Source of the DNA: Octopus sinensis | Taxonomy: Eukaryota | Assembly: GCF_006345805.1 (NCBI RefSeq) | Contig: NC_043020.1 | Location: 13,888,001 to 13,952,000 of the forward strand | Length of the DNA stretch: 64,000 nucleotides | Direction of reading: 5' to 3' | Part shown: in pieces, positions 13,385 to 27,300 of the stretch | Numbering within the stretch: position 1 is the stretch's first letter | Layout: each line of letters starts with the position of its first letter | Translations under genes and position numbers: made by a program | Notes under the pieces: model-generated | Database searches by the model: none | Seen by the model: only the letters and a program-made list of their open reading frames with translations | What the model was told of the DNA's origin: nothing

Positions 13385-14520
13385 TTATTAAGGCAATAAG
13401 CTGGCAGAATCATTAACATGCCAGGCAAAATTGCTTAGCAGAATATTGTCTATCTGTACATTCTGGGATCAAATTCCACTGAGGTCAACTTTGCTTTTTT
13501 CATCCTCTTGGGGTCAATAAAATAAGTACCAGTTGAGCACTGGGGTCAATGTAATTCATTTAGCCCCTTCCCCCCCCCCAAAAAATTACTGGCCTTGTGC
13601 CGAAATTTGAAATAATTATTATTTGTATTATTTTGTTGTTAATAAGGCAGCAAGCTGGCAGTATTGTTAGCATGCCGGGTAAAAAGGCTTAGTGGCAGAA
13701 TGTACAGACATCCATCTGTACATTCTGAGTTCAAATTCCACCAAGGTTAACTTTGCCTTTCATCCACTCCGGGTGTCAATAAAATAAATACCAGTTGAGC
13801 ACTGGTGTCGATGTATTTTAGCCCCTTTCACAAACTACTGGCCTTGTGCCAAAATTTGAAACTGTTATTATTATTATTAATATTATTATTATTATTATTA
13901 CTACTACTACTATTGTTTGTCTTTCTGCTCCATAGTTACTTTAGAGATATCTCTTCATTTTGTACCGTTTCTATAAACATCATCAATTGATATTTCATTA
14001 AACTTCAGATTGCTTTTTTTTTTATTTTAAACTCGTCTTCTTTGATGTTTTTTTTTAAAAATGTGTCTCAAATTAAAATATCCTAAAAATAAACAGTTTC
14101 TGGCAAAATGCAAAACTATAAGTTGGTCATGGAATTCTACTGAAGCAACTTTCTCAGATGTTCGTAAATCTCAGAAAATTTTCAGTTCTATATTTTGAAG
14201 AATTACTTTCACTAAAGACCATAACTTTCAGTCCTATAAATCATAACATCAACCATTTCTGTGAAATGTTGTATATTGTCTAACCATATATAACTAAAGA
14301 CATTTTAAAATTAGGAAATGTTTAAAATTCAGTAAATTCATTATTTTTCCAGCTTTTTTGTTAAATGAGAAAAAAAATGCATGTTTTATAAATATTCCTC
14401 TATTTTCCTTTTGTTTCATAGAAATTTATTATTATTATTATCATCATTAAAGTGTAAGGTGATGAGCTGGCAGAATCATTAGCATGCTAGGTGAAATGCC
14501 TGGTGGTATTTTATCTGCTG

Positions 14521-15002
14521 AAGGCGGCGAGCTGGCAGAAACATTAGCACGCCAGGCGAAATGCTTAGCGGTATTTCGTCTGTCGTTACGTTCTGAGTTC
14601 AAATTCCGCCGAGGTCGACTTTGCCTTTCATCCTTTCGGGGGTCGATAAATTAAGTACCAGTTATGCACTGGGCTCGATATAATCGACTTAATCCGTTTG
14701 TCTGTCCTTGTTTGTCTTCTCTGTGTTTAGCCCCTTGTGGGTAATAAAGAAATAGGTATTTTATCTGCTGAAGGCGGCGAGCTGGCTGAAACGTTAGCAC
14801 GCCGGGCGAAATGCTTGGCGGTATTTCATCTGTCGTTACGTTCTGAGTTCAAATTCCGGCAAGGTCGACTTTGCCTTTTATCCTTTCGGGGTCGATAAAT
14901 TAAGTACCAGTTATGCACTGGGGTCGAAATAATCGTCTTAATCCGTTTGTCTGTCCTTGTTTGTCCTCTCTGTGTTTAGCCCCTTGTGGGTAGTAAAAAA
15001 AT
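14521..15002 (+). mobile_element. SINE family B tandem pair (others ~2985, 22134, 30118, 30754-31386, 34235, 38205, 39891, 49853, 50926-51515, 53816, 55242; older relatives clustered at 13100-17400)
   Basis: aggcggcgagctggcagaaacgttag...gagttcaaattcc...gcctttcatcctttcggggtcgataaa...aaagaaata; TSD GGTATTTTATCTGCTG. Confidence 0.9.
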
Positions 15003-15714
15003 AGGTATTTTATCTGCTGCTACATTCTGAGTTCAAATTCCACTGAGATTGCCTTTGCTTTTCATCTTTCCGGGGTTAAGAAAACTACCAGTGAAACAGT
15101 TGGGGTTGATGTAATCAACTGTCCCCTTCTCCCAAATTTCAGGTTCTGTGTCTTATAGTAGAAAGGGTTATTATCATTAAGGTGGCAAACTGGCAGAATC
15201 GTTAGCCTGCCAAACAAAATGCTTGGCAGCATTTCTTCTGGTTGTACATTCTGAGTTCAAATTCTGCTGAGGTTGATCTTGACTTTCAGCTTTTCAGTAC
15301 TAGTTCAGTGCAGAGATCAATTTAATCCACTAGTCTCCTTCCCTGCAAAATTTCAGACCCTGTGTCTATAGTAGAAAAGATTATTATTATCATTATTATT
15401 ATTATTATTATTTCTTCAGATGATGAGTTTCACATTTTTTAAAGAGAATATAGGTTGCTATTCAGAAATTTGTATTGATGTGAAAAATCTATCACTATTC
15501 AAATGTGTATCTTATGTATTCTGTTTCTGCTATGGTGTAATATTAATCTTACTGCCAACTACCATCCTTTCATTTCTTCATGTGGCAACCGTTTCCAACA
15601 TTCTTTTAAACAACAATAATTTTTAAGACCTCCCCAACCCCCACCTTTTTTTTTTTTTTTTTTTGTAATTTCTGAAACTAATCAAAAATCAAAAACTGGC
15701 AAATAAAATTCAAA

Positions 15715-15755
<41 letters not shown>

Positions 15756-17477
15756 TTATTTACCTCAAGGATATTTCAGTCTCAACAAAAACCCTAAAAG
15801 CATTTCTTGATAATCTTCTTACCTTCATGCCTGTGCTCGTATCCATTTCATGAGAAGATGGAAAAAAACTAATTGACCCTGGATTGACCTGAACCCAAAA
15901 CTATAAGCACCAAGTTAAGTATTAGCAAGAATCGAACATCTTTTCATCTGTTTTCTTTTACTCTAGAGAAGAAGACTGTTCTATGTGCATTGTAAACCTA
16001 TCTTCAACATCACAACACTCAATTTTTTCAAGATGTAAGAAACCATTATTATATTTAGAATGCTACACATGAGCTATGTCCCCCTTTGAGGGCAACAGTA
16101 TGTTTACCAGGAAAAAATTGGGTTTACTTGGCAACAATGCTTTAAATCAGTCGCTCTCTACTAACGCTTGAAATTGTTGTTGTTGCTGTTGAAGTGACAA
16201 GCTGGCCGAATAGTGTGTTGGACAAAATGCCCAGAGGCATGTCCTCTGAGTTTTTACATTCTGAGTTCAAATACTTACTACCAAATACCACCAAGGTCAA
16301 CTTTTGCCTTTCATCCTTTCAAGGTTGATAAAATAAGTACCAGTTGAACATTGGGGTCAATGTAATTGACTTAAACCCCTTCCCAGAACTTGCCTTATGC
16401 CAAAATTTGAAATCGTTGTTGTTGTTGTAAGGCAGTGAACTGGTAGATTTGTTAGCTTGCTGGGTAAAATGGTTAGTGGCATTTTGTCCATCACTTTGTT
16501 TTCTGTTCAAATTCCACTGAGGTTGACTTTACCTTTCATCATTTCAGGGTTGATAAAATAAGTACCGGTTGAACTCTGGGATTAATCTAATTGGCTTTCT
16601 TCTCCCCCAAAATTGCTGGCCTTGTGCCAAAATTTGAAACCATTATAATTATTATTACTACTACTACTACTACTCCTACTATTACTACTACTACTACTAT
16701 CATTATTAAGGCAGCAAGCTGGCAGAATTGCTACCACACTGGACAATGCTTAGCGGTATTTCACCAATCGCTACGTTCTGAGTTCAAATTCTGCCGAGGT
16801 CGATTTTGCCTTTCGTCCTTTTGGGGTTGATAAATTAAGTACCAGTGTAACACTGGGGTGAGTGTATTTCACCAGTCCCCTCCCCACAAATTTCAGGCCT
16901 TGAGCCTATAGTAGAAAAAAAATTATTAAAAAGGCAGTGAGCTGGCAGAATCGTAAACATGCCGGGCAAAATGCTTAGCAGTGTTACATCTGTCTTTACA
17001 TTCTGAGTTCAAATTCCACCGAGGTCAGCTTTACCTTTCATCCTTTTGAGGTTGGTAAAATAAGTACTAATTGTGTACTGGGGTTGATGTAATCAACTTG
17101 CCCCTTCCCCTGAATTATGGCCTCATGCCAAAATTTGAACTTATTATTATTAAGGCAGCCAGCTGGCAGAATCATTAAGCATTTTGCACACCTTTACATT
17201 CTGAGTTCAAATTTCACCGAGGTCGACTTGCCTTTCATTCTTTTGGGGGTCAATAAATTAAGCACCAGTGAAACACTAGGATCAGTGTAATTGACTAGTC
17301 CCCTTACCCAAAATTTCAGGCCTTGTAATTTTAGTAGAAAGGATTATTATCATTATTATTATTATTGTTATTATTATTATTATATTATTATTATTATTAT
17401 TATTATGTTTGTGGTATTCAGTTATGGCTCTCTGCATCTTGAGCTCAACCCCAGTTTGCCCTCCACATAATTTTGAC

Positions 17478-18045
17478 CCTTCTGAGATCAATAAATTGAT
17501 GGGCCAGTCAAGTCCTGGGATCAATGATATCAACTGATCCCTTCCCTCTAAAATTGCTGACCTTTTGCCTAAATTAGAAGTTGTTATTATTGCCATGTCC
17601 AGCTTGCCCCCTACGTAATTTATACCCTTCTGAGATCAATAAATTGATGGGCCAGTCAAGTCCTGGGATCAATGATATCAACTGATCCCTTCCCTCCTAA
17701 ATTGCTGACCTTCTGCCTAAATTAGAAGTTGTTATTATTGCCATGTCCAGCTTGCCCCCTACATAATTTATACCCTTCTGAGATCAATAAATTGATGGGC
17801 CAGTCAAGTCCTGGGATCAATGATATCAACTGATCCCTTCCCTCTAAAATTGCTGACCTTCTGCCTAAATTAGAAGTTGTTATTATTGCCATGTCCAGCT
17901 TGCCCCCTACATAATTTATACCCTTCTGAGATCAATAAATTGATGGGCCAGTCAAGTCCTGGGATCAATGATATCAACTGATCCCTTCCCTCTAAAATTG
18001 CTGACCTTTTGCCTAAATTAGAAGTTGTTATTATTGCCATGTCCA
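17478..18045. repeat. Tandem array, 148-bp unit x ~4, SINE-derived
   Basis: tctgagatcaataaattgatgggccag at 17481, 17629, 17777, 17925. Confidence 0.92.
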
Positions 18046-19984
18046 TCAGTGGATCCTGCAGATAACATGTTATGATTGCCTAAAAATCTGACAGGGTCGG
18101 CAGTGAGTTGATTAAGAAATAAATCCGTTGCTGTATTTTTAATTGAATTTTGTTGAACTCTACCTTCATAACGATCAAATGGTGACCTTTTGTCTCATAA
18201 GCTATCACCTGCTTTATATGTTCTTAGTCTTAACAGTGTTCGTCACTTTTATTGTTGACATTCACTCCAATTATGATTTGATATTTAAGCTTTTCTAAGG
18301 AATTATCATTCAAATAATTTCATGTTTTTGTCCCTAATACCCCAATGTGTATGTGTATTGATGTTTTATACTGCAAACTTTCAACTATTGAAGTTGGTTG
18401 TAGTTACAAAAACGATAGAGATTTTTACATTCCATTTTCTTTGTGACATTAAGGAAATTCAAGGCAATTCCCCCACTTGGCCATAGCCTATAAGTACTGG
18501 GGGGGGGGGCAATGTAATCGACCAAATCCATTCCCCTAAAATTACTGGCCTTGTGCCAAAATTCGAAGCATAAAACAAAATAAACTTCATCACTTCAATA
18601 TTTCCATGACTCTTAGATCTGCCTTCTTTGCATCCAATACTTGGATTAACATCGGCCACCAGGTCTTTAGCTGCCTCTAACAGAGTCCACTCTGTTGCAA
18701 TTATTTGAATGAAGTCTCCCTCTGGTCAAAGGATAACCAATAAGTTGTGGTTTGTTCCTCTCTTTCCCTTATAACCAACAGTCTCAGAGACCTTGTAATA
18801 TGGTCACAGAGACTGTCCTTTCTTCTCTGGCTAAAACATTTGAAATAATTGAAGAAACTACCCCCCATATTGTTGACATTTGTAGTTATGGCATAACGTA
18901 AATAGTTGAAATGAAATTTTGAAGAAGGTTTCTATAACTATGATACAAACTTGATGTTTACCACATTCAAACATTTCATTTTTATAAAGTAGAGGAAGAA
19001 ATGACATTCAGAATAAACCAATGGTTTGTACACTTAGTTTTATTTCCTTTAGTGGATTAGCAAATAATGCAAATAAAATGCTAGGCAACAACTTATTTCA
19101 TTAAAACACTCTTCAATCGAATAAAACCGATGTAGTAAGTAAAATTTATTCAAATATTTTGCTATCTCACAATCTATTGGCATAGATTCTTTTGTTGTTT
19201 TTTTTTTTTCTTTCACGTCATGTTGATTTAAATAACAGACACCATTAAATCTCATTTCTTGTCCTAAAAAGAAAAGAAATAAAACAGTTACTGTTTTATT
19301 TTCAAAACTGATTATAAAAATATTTCTGATATTTTTAATTGTTATATAGAATTAGTTTGTTTCTTGAAGAATATTTTTTATTTTTTTAAAGTTTCCAGAC
19401 CTTACCTTCCTGTCTCAAAGACAGAAGATATAGGATCACTTATTATTTACTTCTAATTACTGATTGTACAAACTTCAAATTTGTCTTAGATTCCAGCAAA
19501 AAATTGTTGTAAAAACATTTGTTATTAGAATAAAGTTTACTCAGTTTTTCAAATAACTTAAAATGATTATTTTTCTATTTTCTATGGGAAGTGTTTGGGA
19601 ATCATTGTTGGGGCCATTGGTAAGGTGCGTGGACAGGCATGAGGCCACTGAGACACTTGGAAACATGCTGGTGGGACGATGAATTTGGAAAGAGAGATTG
19701 ATGAGAAGAGGAAGAGGGTCTGAGAATGGTATAAGGTTTGGAATATGGTAGCAAAAGAGGGTTACAGGGTTGCAAAGATAAGAAGTAGCAACAGCAAAAG
19801 CATAGCAGTTACAAATTTGGAGGTTAAGGGGTCAGTGAGAAGTATCTAAGATTGTAAAGTAGTGATGTATTTGAAAGGAACTGCTTGAAAGATGAAATAA
19901 GACAAATTGTTGTGGAATCACAAAGAATTAAAGGAAGGGGGAAGGGATATCATCATCATTTAGTGTCCACTTTCCATGCTGGAA

Positions 19985-20626
19985 TAAGTTAAGTTAATTT
20001 TTTGGCTCAAAAAGCAAAAAGCAAGGCCATGTAGGGGGACATGGAGTTATGTACAGGGGTATTCAGGCCATTTCTGGTCAAGAGAGACTTTGAACCGAGT
20101 GGTCGTCGGCATCTTCACTATCTCGTCCGGCAGCTTATTCCACGGATCCGCAACCCAGACGGAGAAAGCCCCTCTCCTTCGATTGAGATGAAATCGTCAC
20201 AAATAGAGCTTTTCGGAGTGACCCCGCAGCCGACGCTCTGGAGCAGGAGTGAAGAACAGCTCTTTCGAGAGGTTACACTTTCCGCTTATGATGTTGTGAG
20301 CAAGAATGAGATCACCACGGCGTCGTCGTTTTTCTAGAGGATAAAGGTCGAGCATCTTCAGCCTTTCTTCATAAGACAAATGCTTGAGACCAAGAACCAT
20401 GCGTGTAGCCAGCTTCTGGACTCTTTCGAGATGATGTATGTCTTTGAGGAGATAAGGAGAAGAGGCTTGAATCCCGTACTCCAAAATGGGTCTCACCAGC
20501 GTGACATAGAGCGGTAGGAATATGGCTGCTGTGAGCATTCCGAATGACCGTCGAATCAAAAACAGAACTCCGCGTGCTTTATTGGCAGCATGGACGCACT
20601 GGGCCGAAGGCGAAAAGGAAGAATCC
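19985..20626 (-). mobile_element. CR1-clade LINE 3' end (other copies ~10008-10392 +, ~46995-47430 +)
   Basis: LYVTLVRPILEY...LERVQKLATRMV.GL..LSYEERL..L.L..LEKRR.RGDLI; (TTAAC)n-type tail. Confidence 0.9.
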
Positions 20627-22928
20627 AGCAAGATTAGGTAGTTTGACTGGAACTGGTAAGCTGGATAGCTGCACCAAGTTCCAATCTGATTTGGTATGGT
20701 TTCTACAGCTGGATGCCCTTCCTAATGCCAACTACTCCTAAGAGTGTAGTGGATGCCTTTTGAGTGTCACCAGAGAATAAATACAATGGTGACATCAAGG
20801 GGGATCCAGTTTTAGCACTGATAGAGGAGGTAATTGAAGAAGCAATAAGAATAATGAGGATGGGAAAAGTAGGAGAGAGAAATGGATTTGTTGGGAAATA
20901 TAGTGAGGCGGTGGCGAGCTGGCAGAAATGTTAAAACGCCTGGCGAAATGCTTAGCAGTATTTCGTCTGTCACTACGTTCTGAGTTCAAATTCCGTTGAG
21001 GTTGACTTTGCCTTTCAGAAAGTTGGGTGGGGTGAAGAGGAGGAAGACTGTATCAGAGATCTGTAAGTTGGTGGAAGAAGAGAGCATTTCTTTGGATTGA
21101 GAATTGGATGCTTTCATTCCTCTATACAAGAGAAAACGTAATCTCTAGGACTGTGGTTCAAATTGAACAGTTATGTTATTGGAACATAAAATGAAAGTTT
21201 TAGGAAGAGTGTTGAGGAAACAAGGAAAATAATTAAATATTTGGATCTATGTTACAACTGACTTGGTAGAGACAAGATTATCCACAGGTATCTTAACTAC
21301 AATTTCCATTTGATTTTTATTTTGATGTTGGTGCTGATGTACTTGACTCAATAGGTCTCCTCAAGAACAGCAGGTCACTCTACGATCCAAGGTTAGCACA
21401 GCAGGCTGTCCTGCGAGCATGAACTCACTTCATTTGTTGGGTCTTTGAATCCTCAAGAACAGCGGGTCACTCTACGATCCAAGGTTAGCACAGCAGGCTG
21501 TCCTGCAAGCCACGAACTCACATCATTTGTCGGGTCTTCGCAGTCACAGCATATCTCAGAGGTCTCGGTATTCGTCATTTCCTCTGTGAGGCCCAATGTG
21601 CCACCGGCATGGGTATCACAACTACAATATCCATTCGATTTTTATTTTGATCTTGATGTACTTGACACAATAGGTCTCCTCAAGCACAGCAGGCCGTCCT
21701 GTGAGCCATGAACTCACTTCAGGTCTTCGAAGTCACAGCATATCTCCAGAGGTCTCGGTCTTTTGTAATAGCCTCTGTGAGGCCCAACGTATGTGCTAAT
21801 GTGTGAGAGAATGTCTAACCATCAGAACAAAGAACAGTAATGAGGTTGAAATGAAGGAGTACAGCAAGGAGCAGCTTGAACATCACTGCTATTTGAACTT
21901 GAGATGGAAGTATTGTGTTATAGTATAAAAGAGAAGGGGTCACTTTAGGAATTGTTGTTTGCCTGATTTGGTAATTAATAACTGAAAGTATGGATGGATT
22001 GAAGGAAAAGATTAGGTAGAAGAAATGTTGGGAGCAAAAGAGAACAAAGTATGGATGAATTCAAGGAGAAGAAATGTTGGGAGCAAAAGAGATATGAAAA
22101 TGAATATCAAAATAAGGTGATGACAGGTGGTAAAGGCGGCAGGCTGGCAGAAACATTAGAACGTCAGGTGAAATGCTTAGCGGTATTTCGTCTGTCTTTA
22201 CGTTCTGAGTTCAAATTCCGCCGAGGTCAACTTTGCCTTTCATCCTTTCAGGGTCGATAAATTAAGTACCAGTTACGCACTGGAGTCGATGTAATCGACT
22301 TAGTCCGTTTGTCTGTCCTCTCTGTGTTTAGCCCCTTGTGGGTAGTAAAGAAATAGGTGGTAAAGCATGTGAGCATAATCCCAAACTGGATTTGAACCAG
22401 GAATCTTTATTTCTAAACTAAGGTTACAATGCTAACCTCAAGGAATGACAACTTGAAATGTAAATATTGGTAAAAAAAATTTTTAATCTCTTAAGATGAA
22501 GTGAATGGTTTAAAGAACTCTAGCCACATCAAAAATTCCTGCCAGGTGTTTTAACAATTAATGAAATTGCATTGACTTTCAGGCATCTTCTTTCTCTATT
22601 CAGCAACTGATGAAGAATATGACGACACAGTCAACACCTCAACAGTTTACAGAACAAATATTTGGTGTTTAGTAAAATCAAATGGAAAAGAAAATAACAT
22701 TTTTGAAATTCTCCTTCCAAGCTTTACTCTTTTACTTGTTTCAGTCATTTGGACTGCAGCCATGCTGGAGCACCGCCTTTAATCGAGCAACTCGACCCCG
22801 GGACTTATTCATTGTAAGCCCAGTACTTATTCTATCGGTCTCTTTTGCCGAACCGCTAAGTGACGGGGACGTAAACACACCAGCATCAGTTGTCAAGCAA
22901 TGCTAGGGGAACAAACACAGATGCACAA

Positions 22929-22984
<56 letters not shown>

Positions 22985-23324
22985 GACAGGCTTCTTTCAG
23001 TTTCCGTCAACCAAATCCACTCACAAGGCTTTGGTCGGCCCGGGGCTATAGTAGAAGACACTTGCCCAAGATGCCACGCAGTGGGACTGAACCCGGAACC
23101 ATGTGGTTGGTTAACAAGCTACTTACCACACAGTCACTCCTGCGCCTTTCAGTGTAAACTACCAGTCTGTATAACATTATATATATTCAAACATGGAATG
23201 GCACTAACTTTAATAGTTTGTTTCAGAGAAACTTCTGAAAGAAACTTGTGAGTTTTTTTTAAAAGAAAAAGGCTTCACTCAGAACGTTGGAGGATTGTTA
23301 GACACTGTTTTGAACCTTAATTCG

Positions 23325-23732
23325 TTTCGGTTTGAACGGCAGTTTTTTAACATAATTTCCACGTAACTAAACACTTTTAAACTTCGTATACTGGTAGAAT
23401 GTGTTTATAAAACATATTTTTCTATTGGCTTTATTGAGAAAATTCTATAGTTTGTAAGATATTTGTTGTTGTTTTTCTTCAATTTCTGCAGTTTCAACCA
23501 TTCAATGACGTCTATTGAGGTGAAAACATTCTGTGCCGTATGAATATGTCCCTCGTTTAAGAAACACATTGGGTTTATTTACATTTCTGAAGAAAAAAAG
23601 ATACCCTTCCAGCCACCCCTAACCCTAACCCTAAAACAGATTGAAATGCAATAGATCGATACGAGGGTCATAATTACGGGTGGCAATTTCATATGACACC
23701 GCTAGAAAAAAACTGCCGAACCGAAAAGATCC
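23325..23732 (+). mobile_element. Same MITE family, left TIR clipped
   Basis: Colinear with 6805-7204. Confidence 0.8.
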
Positions 23733-23968
23733 CACATCTAAATACGTTAAAAGGTGCACGAGTAAAGTTTAAAGTGAAGGCGAAAATTTTACCATTCCGT
23801 TTAATTATTTTCGGGCATCTATCATATTATATTTAAATAATAACTTAAAACAAATAATTCAAAATGATTCAATCGACATCAACTCCTTTACTATCATCAA
23901 CAAAACAATTTTATCAGTAGATATTCTGTTACCCCCTCTATTTTAAAGTAAACTCTTCCAATGGAATA

Positions 23969-24176
23969 AACCGGAAGTAGCTCTCTATTAAACCAAATAT
24001 TTTCTGTTTGTTGTTATTTCTAATTAAAATTCATCAGAATTAAATTTTAGGCATATTTCTGGCTATAGAATTTAAAAAAAAGTTTTTGGGATGTTTTCAC
24101 AGGGAATGGTTTATGCTATTTGTATCGCTAAATTCCTATAAACTATCGGTAATATTTGGAAAAACTACTTCCGGTT
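23969..24176. promoter_or_regulatory. Putative promoter with two inverted ETS-type sites (AACCGGAAGTAG)
   Basis: AACCGGAAGTAG at 23969-23980 and its exact reverse complement at 24165-24176, 100-310 bp upstream of the THAP gene ATG. CCGGAAGT is the ETS/GABP core typical of housekeeping promoters. Confidence 0.55.
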
Positions 24177-24280
24177 CGATACACCCCCCCCCCGTCCACT
24201 GCTATTTCTGTTTATTTGTTTTTATTTCTTGTATAAATAATTAATCTACGAGTAAATATTTACGTCTGGATGCAATAATT

Positions 24281-24348
24281 ATGTCCCAGTGTGCAGCATT
24301 GAATTGCAAGAGTGTAACGTCAGAAGGTAGCGGCAAAACCTTTCATTT
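24281..24348 (+). CDS. Exon 1: N-terminal half of THAP domain
   Basis: ATG, MSQCAALNCKSVTSEGSGKTFH, tt|gtgagt donor; CxxxxC...FH pattern of THAP. Confidence 0.85.
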
Positions 24349-27300
24349 GTGAGTATAAATCTATTATTATACTTGACAAAAAATCCCCGTAAATTAAAAA
24401 AAATATTTTGATAAATTAATAATTATTTGAATTATTTGCAGCCGGATTATTTCTTTTTACAAATATTGTATTTAACGTTTTAAACATTTTTTTTTAAGGA
24501 ATATTTTCGATAAAAAGTAGTAAAATATTTTTTCCATTCATTTCCTAACACGTGGTTTTATTTATTTATTTATTTTATTTTATTTTTAATAATTTAATGT
24601 AAGCAATAACGTAACGGCAATGCCCTTAAAATCCTTTTTGTAGGGGTCCCTTTATAATATTAGGATTGCTATGGTTGATTTTTCGGATCTTTTCGGTTTG
24701 AACGGCAGTTTTTTGAAATAATTTCCACGTAACTAAACACTTTTAAACTTTGTATACTGGTAGAATATGTTTATAAAACATCTTTTTCTCTTGGCTTTAT
24801 TGAGAAAATTCTATAGCTTGTAAGATATTTGGTCTTTAATTTCTTCAATTTCTGCAATTTCAACCAATCAATGACGTCTATTGAGGTAAAAAGAAAACAT
24901 TCTGTGCCGTATGAATATGTCCCTCGTTTAAGAAACAGATTGGGTTTATTTACATTTGTGAAGAAAAACAGATACCCTTCCCACTACCCCTAACCCTAAC
25001 CCTAAAATAGATTGAAATGCAATAGATCGATACTAGGGTCATAATTATGGGTGACAATTTCATATGACACCGCTAGAAAAAACTGCCGTTCAAACCGAAA
25101 ACATCCGATTTTTCAACTGTCAATGTATTACGGAAGAAATATGGACAGAATTCTGGTTTAAGCATCCCCATCTAACTCCTCATAACTTTTATATTTTTTT
25201 GAATTTCCATAAGATTTTTGCGAACGGGAATTCATACGATTATGGAAAATTTTTTTTTCATTCTTTTAAAACCCTACCCACCACTTTATAAATCCTAAAA
25301 GTTCCACTCTTTATCGGATTTTTTTTTGCATAAATTCCAGCAGGGGACCACCCTTGGATGCGTCATCATTCCATTAAATGTGTTTATGAGGAGAAAAATA
25401 TTGAGAAAGATATGTCAGGGTGGCAAATAAACGAGGACGGTATCAGGGGGTCATGGGATGTGCTAAAAACAACAGCTAAATCGTCCTTAAATCACAGTTT
25501 TTTTGGATTTTTTTACACAAGTGTATGAATTCCTGAATGTAGAACACAAATTCGCAAAAATTTTCGGAAAATTCCAGAAAAAAAAAAGTAAAAATCTTAT
25601 GGCGCAGGAGTGGCTGTGTGGTAAGTAGCTTGTCAACCAACCACATGGTTCCGGGTTCAGTCCCACTGCGTGGCATCTTGGGCAAGTGTCTTCTGCTATA
25701 GCCCCGGGCCGACCAATGCCTTGTGAGTGGATTTGGTAGACGGAAACTGAAAGAAGCCTGTCATATATATGTATGTGTGTGTATGTGTTTGTGTGTATGT
25801 GTTTGTGTGTCTGTGTTTGTCCCCCTAGCATTGCTTGACAGCCGATGCTGGTGTGTTTACGTCCCCGTCACTTAGCGGTTTGGCAAAAGAGACCGATAGA
25901 ATAAGTACTGGGCTTATAAAGAATAAGTCCCGGGGTCGATTTGCTCGACTAAAGGCGGTGCTCCAGCATGGCCGCAGTCAAATGACTGAAACAAGTAAAA
26001 GAGTATGGAGGATTATATGGATTTTGATAGAATTTCAGAGAGTTAGAGGAATGGGCAAAGCGTTTAGTGCGGTGACAATGGTGTTACTCCAGAGCAGTGG
26101 AAAACTGCCAGTGTTATCCCTCTGTTCAAAAAAGGTGACCGCACATCGCCTGTCAACTATTGCCCCGTTAGTCTTACTAGCTGCATCGCCAAACTGATGG
26201 AATCCTGTATCAGGGAAACCCTCTGGAACTTCTGGAAGTCTCACAGCCTCATCCAGCTGTCACAATTTGGATTTATTCCTAACTCCAGCTGCTGTAATCA
26301 ACTCATCGAGTTTCTTGAGGACGTTACCCAAATCACTGATCATGGATCCTGGGTGGATGTTGTTTACTTGGACTTTGCTAAGGCTTTTAACTCTGTGCCA
26401 CACAAAAGACTTATGGTGAAGCTCTCTGCGTTGAGCGTAAGAGACAAACTCTATAACTGGTTGATGTCCTTTATTTTCGGCCGAAAAAAGGTTGTCACAG
26501 TTCTAGGACAGCACTCTTCGCCCTATGAGATGACATGTGGTGTACCACAGGGATCTGTTCTTGGCCTCCTTTTATTTGTTGCATATGTTAATGAAGGCAC
26601 AAAAAAAGAAGATAATACAGCAAGTTTTGTCCAGAAGAGTAGGAGCCATTGTAGTAGCAGTAGATGACACAAAGAGATGAAGCCACACGTCTGTAACTTA
26701 ACAAATGCACAGCTGTTTATCTGTTATTATTAGACAGCATTACTGAGATCTTATTTGGGTACTACTTGAGAACAGTGGTCCCGGTGCGCGCACTTGCGTA
26801 GTCGCGCATCCGCGCTAGCCAGTCGTGGCTAGTCGATCCTACAATGACTACCTAGCAAAGTAAATAAAACACAAAATAGATAATTTTTTTTTCCTCAAAA
26901 CAAATTATTTTTGTTAAACAGGAGTGGCTGTGTGGTAAGTAGCTTGTTTACCAACCACATGGTTCCGGGTTCAGTCCCACTGCGTGGCACCTTGGGCAAG
27001 TGTCTTCTACTTTAGCCTCAGGCCGACCAAAGCCTTGTGAGTGGATTTGGTAGATGGAAACTGAAAGAAGCCCGTTGTATATATGTATGTATATATATAT
27101 ATGCGTGTGTGTGTGGTTGTGTGTCTGTGTTTGTCCCCCTAGCATTGCTTGACAACCGATGCTGGTGTGTTTATGTCCCCGTTACTTAGCGGTTCGGCAA
27201 AAGAGACCGATAGGATAAGTACTGGGCTTACAAAAGAATAAGTCCCGGGGTCGATTTGCTTGACTAAAGGCGGTGCTCCAGCATGGCCGCAGTCAAATGA

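Noticed and set aside
17478-18045. Regular repeats as a CRISPR-like array
   Set aside because: Units are repeated in full with no unique spacers; SINE-derived, eukaryotic context.
24005-24040. Minus-strand CTGATGA...GAAAT near the promoter
   Set aside because: No convincing stem I or cleavage triplet in AT-rich sequence.
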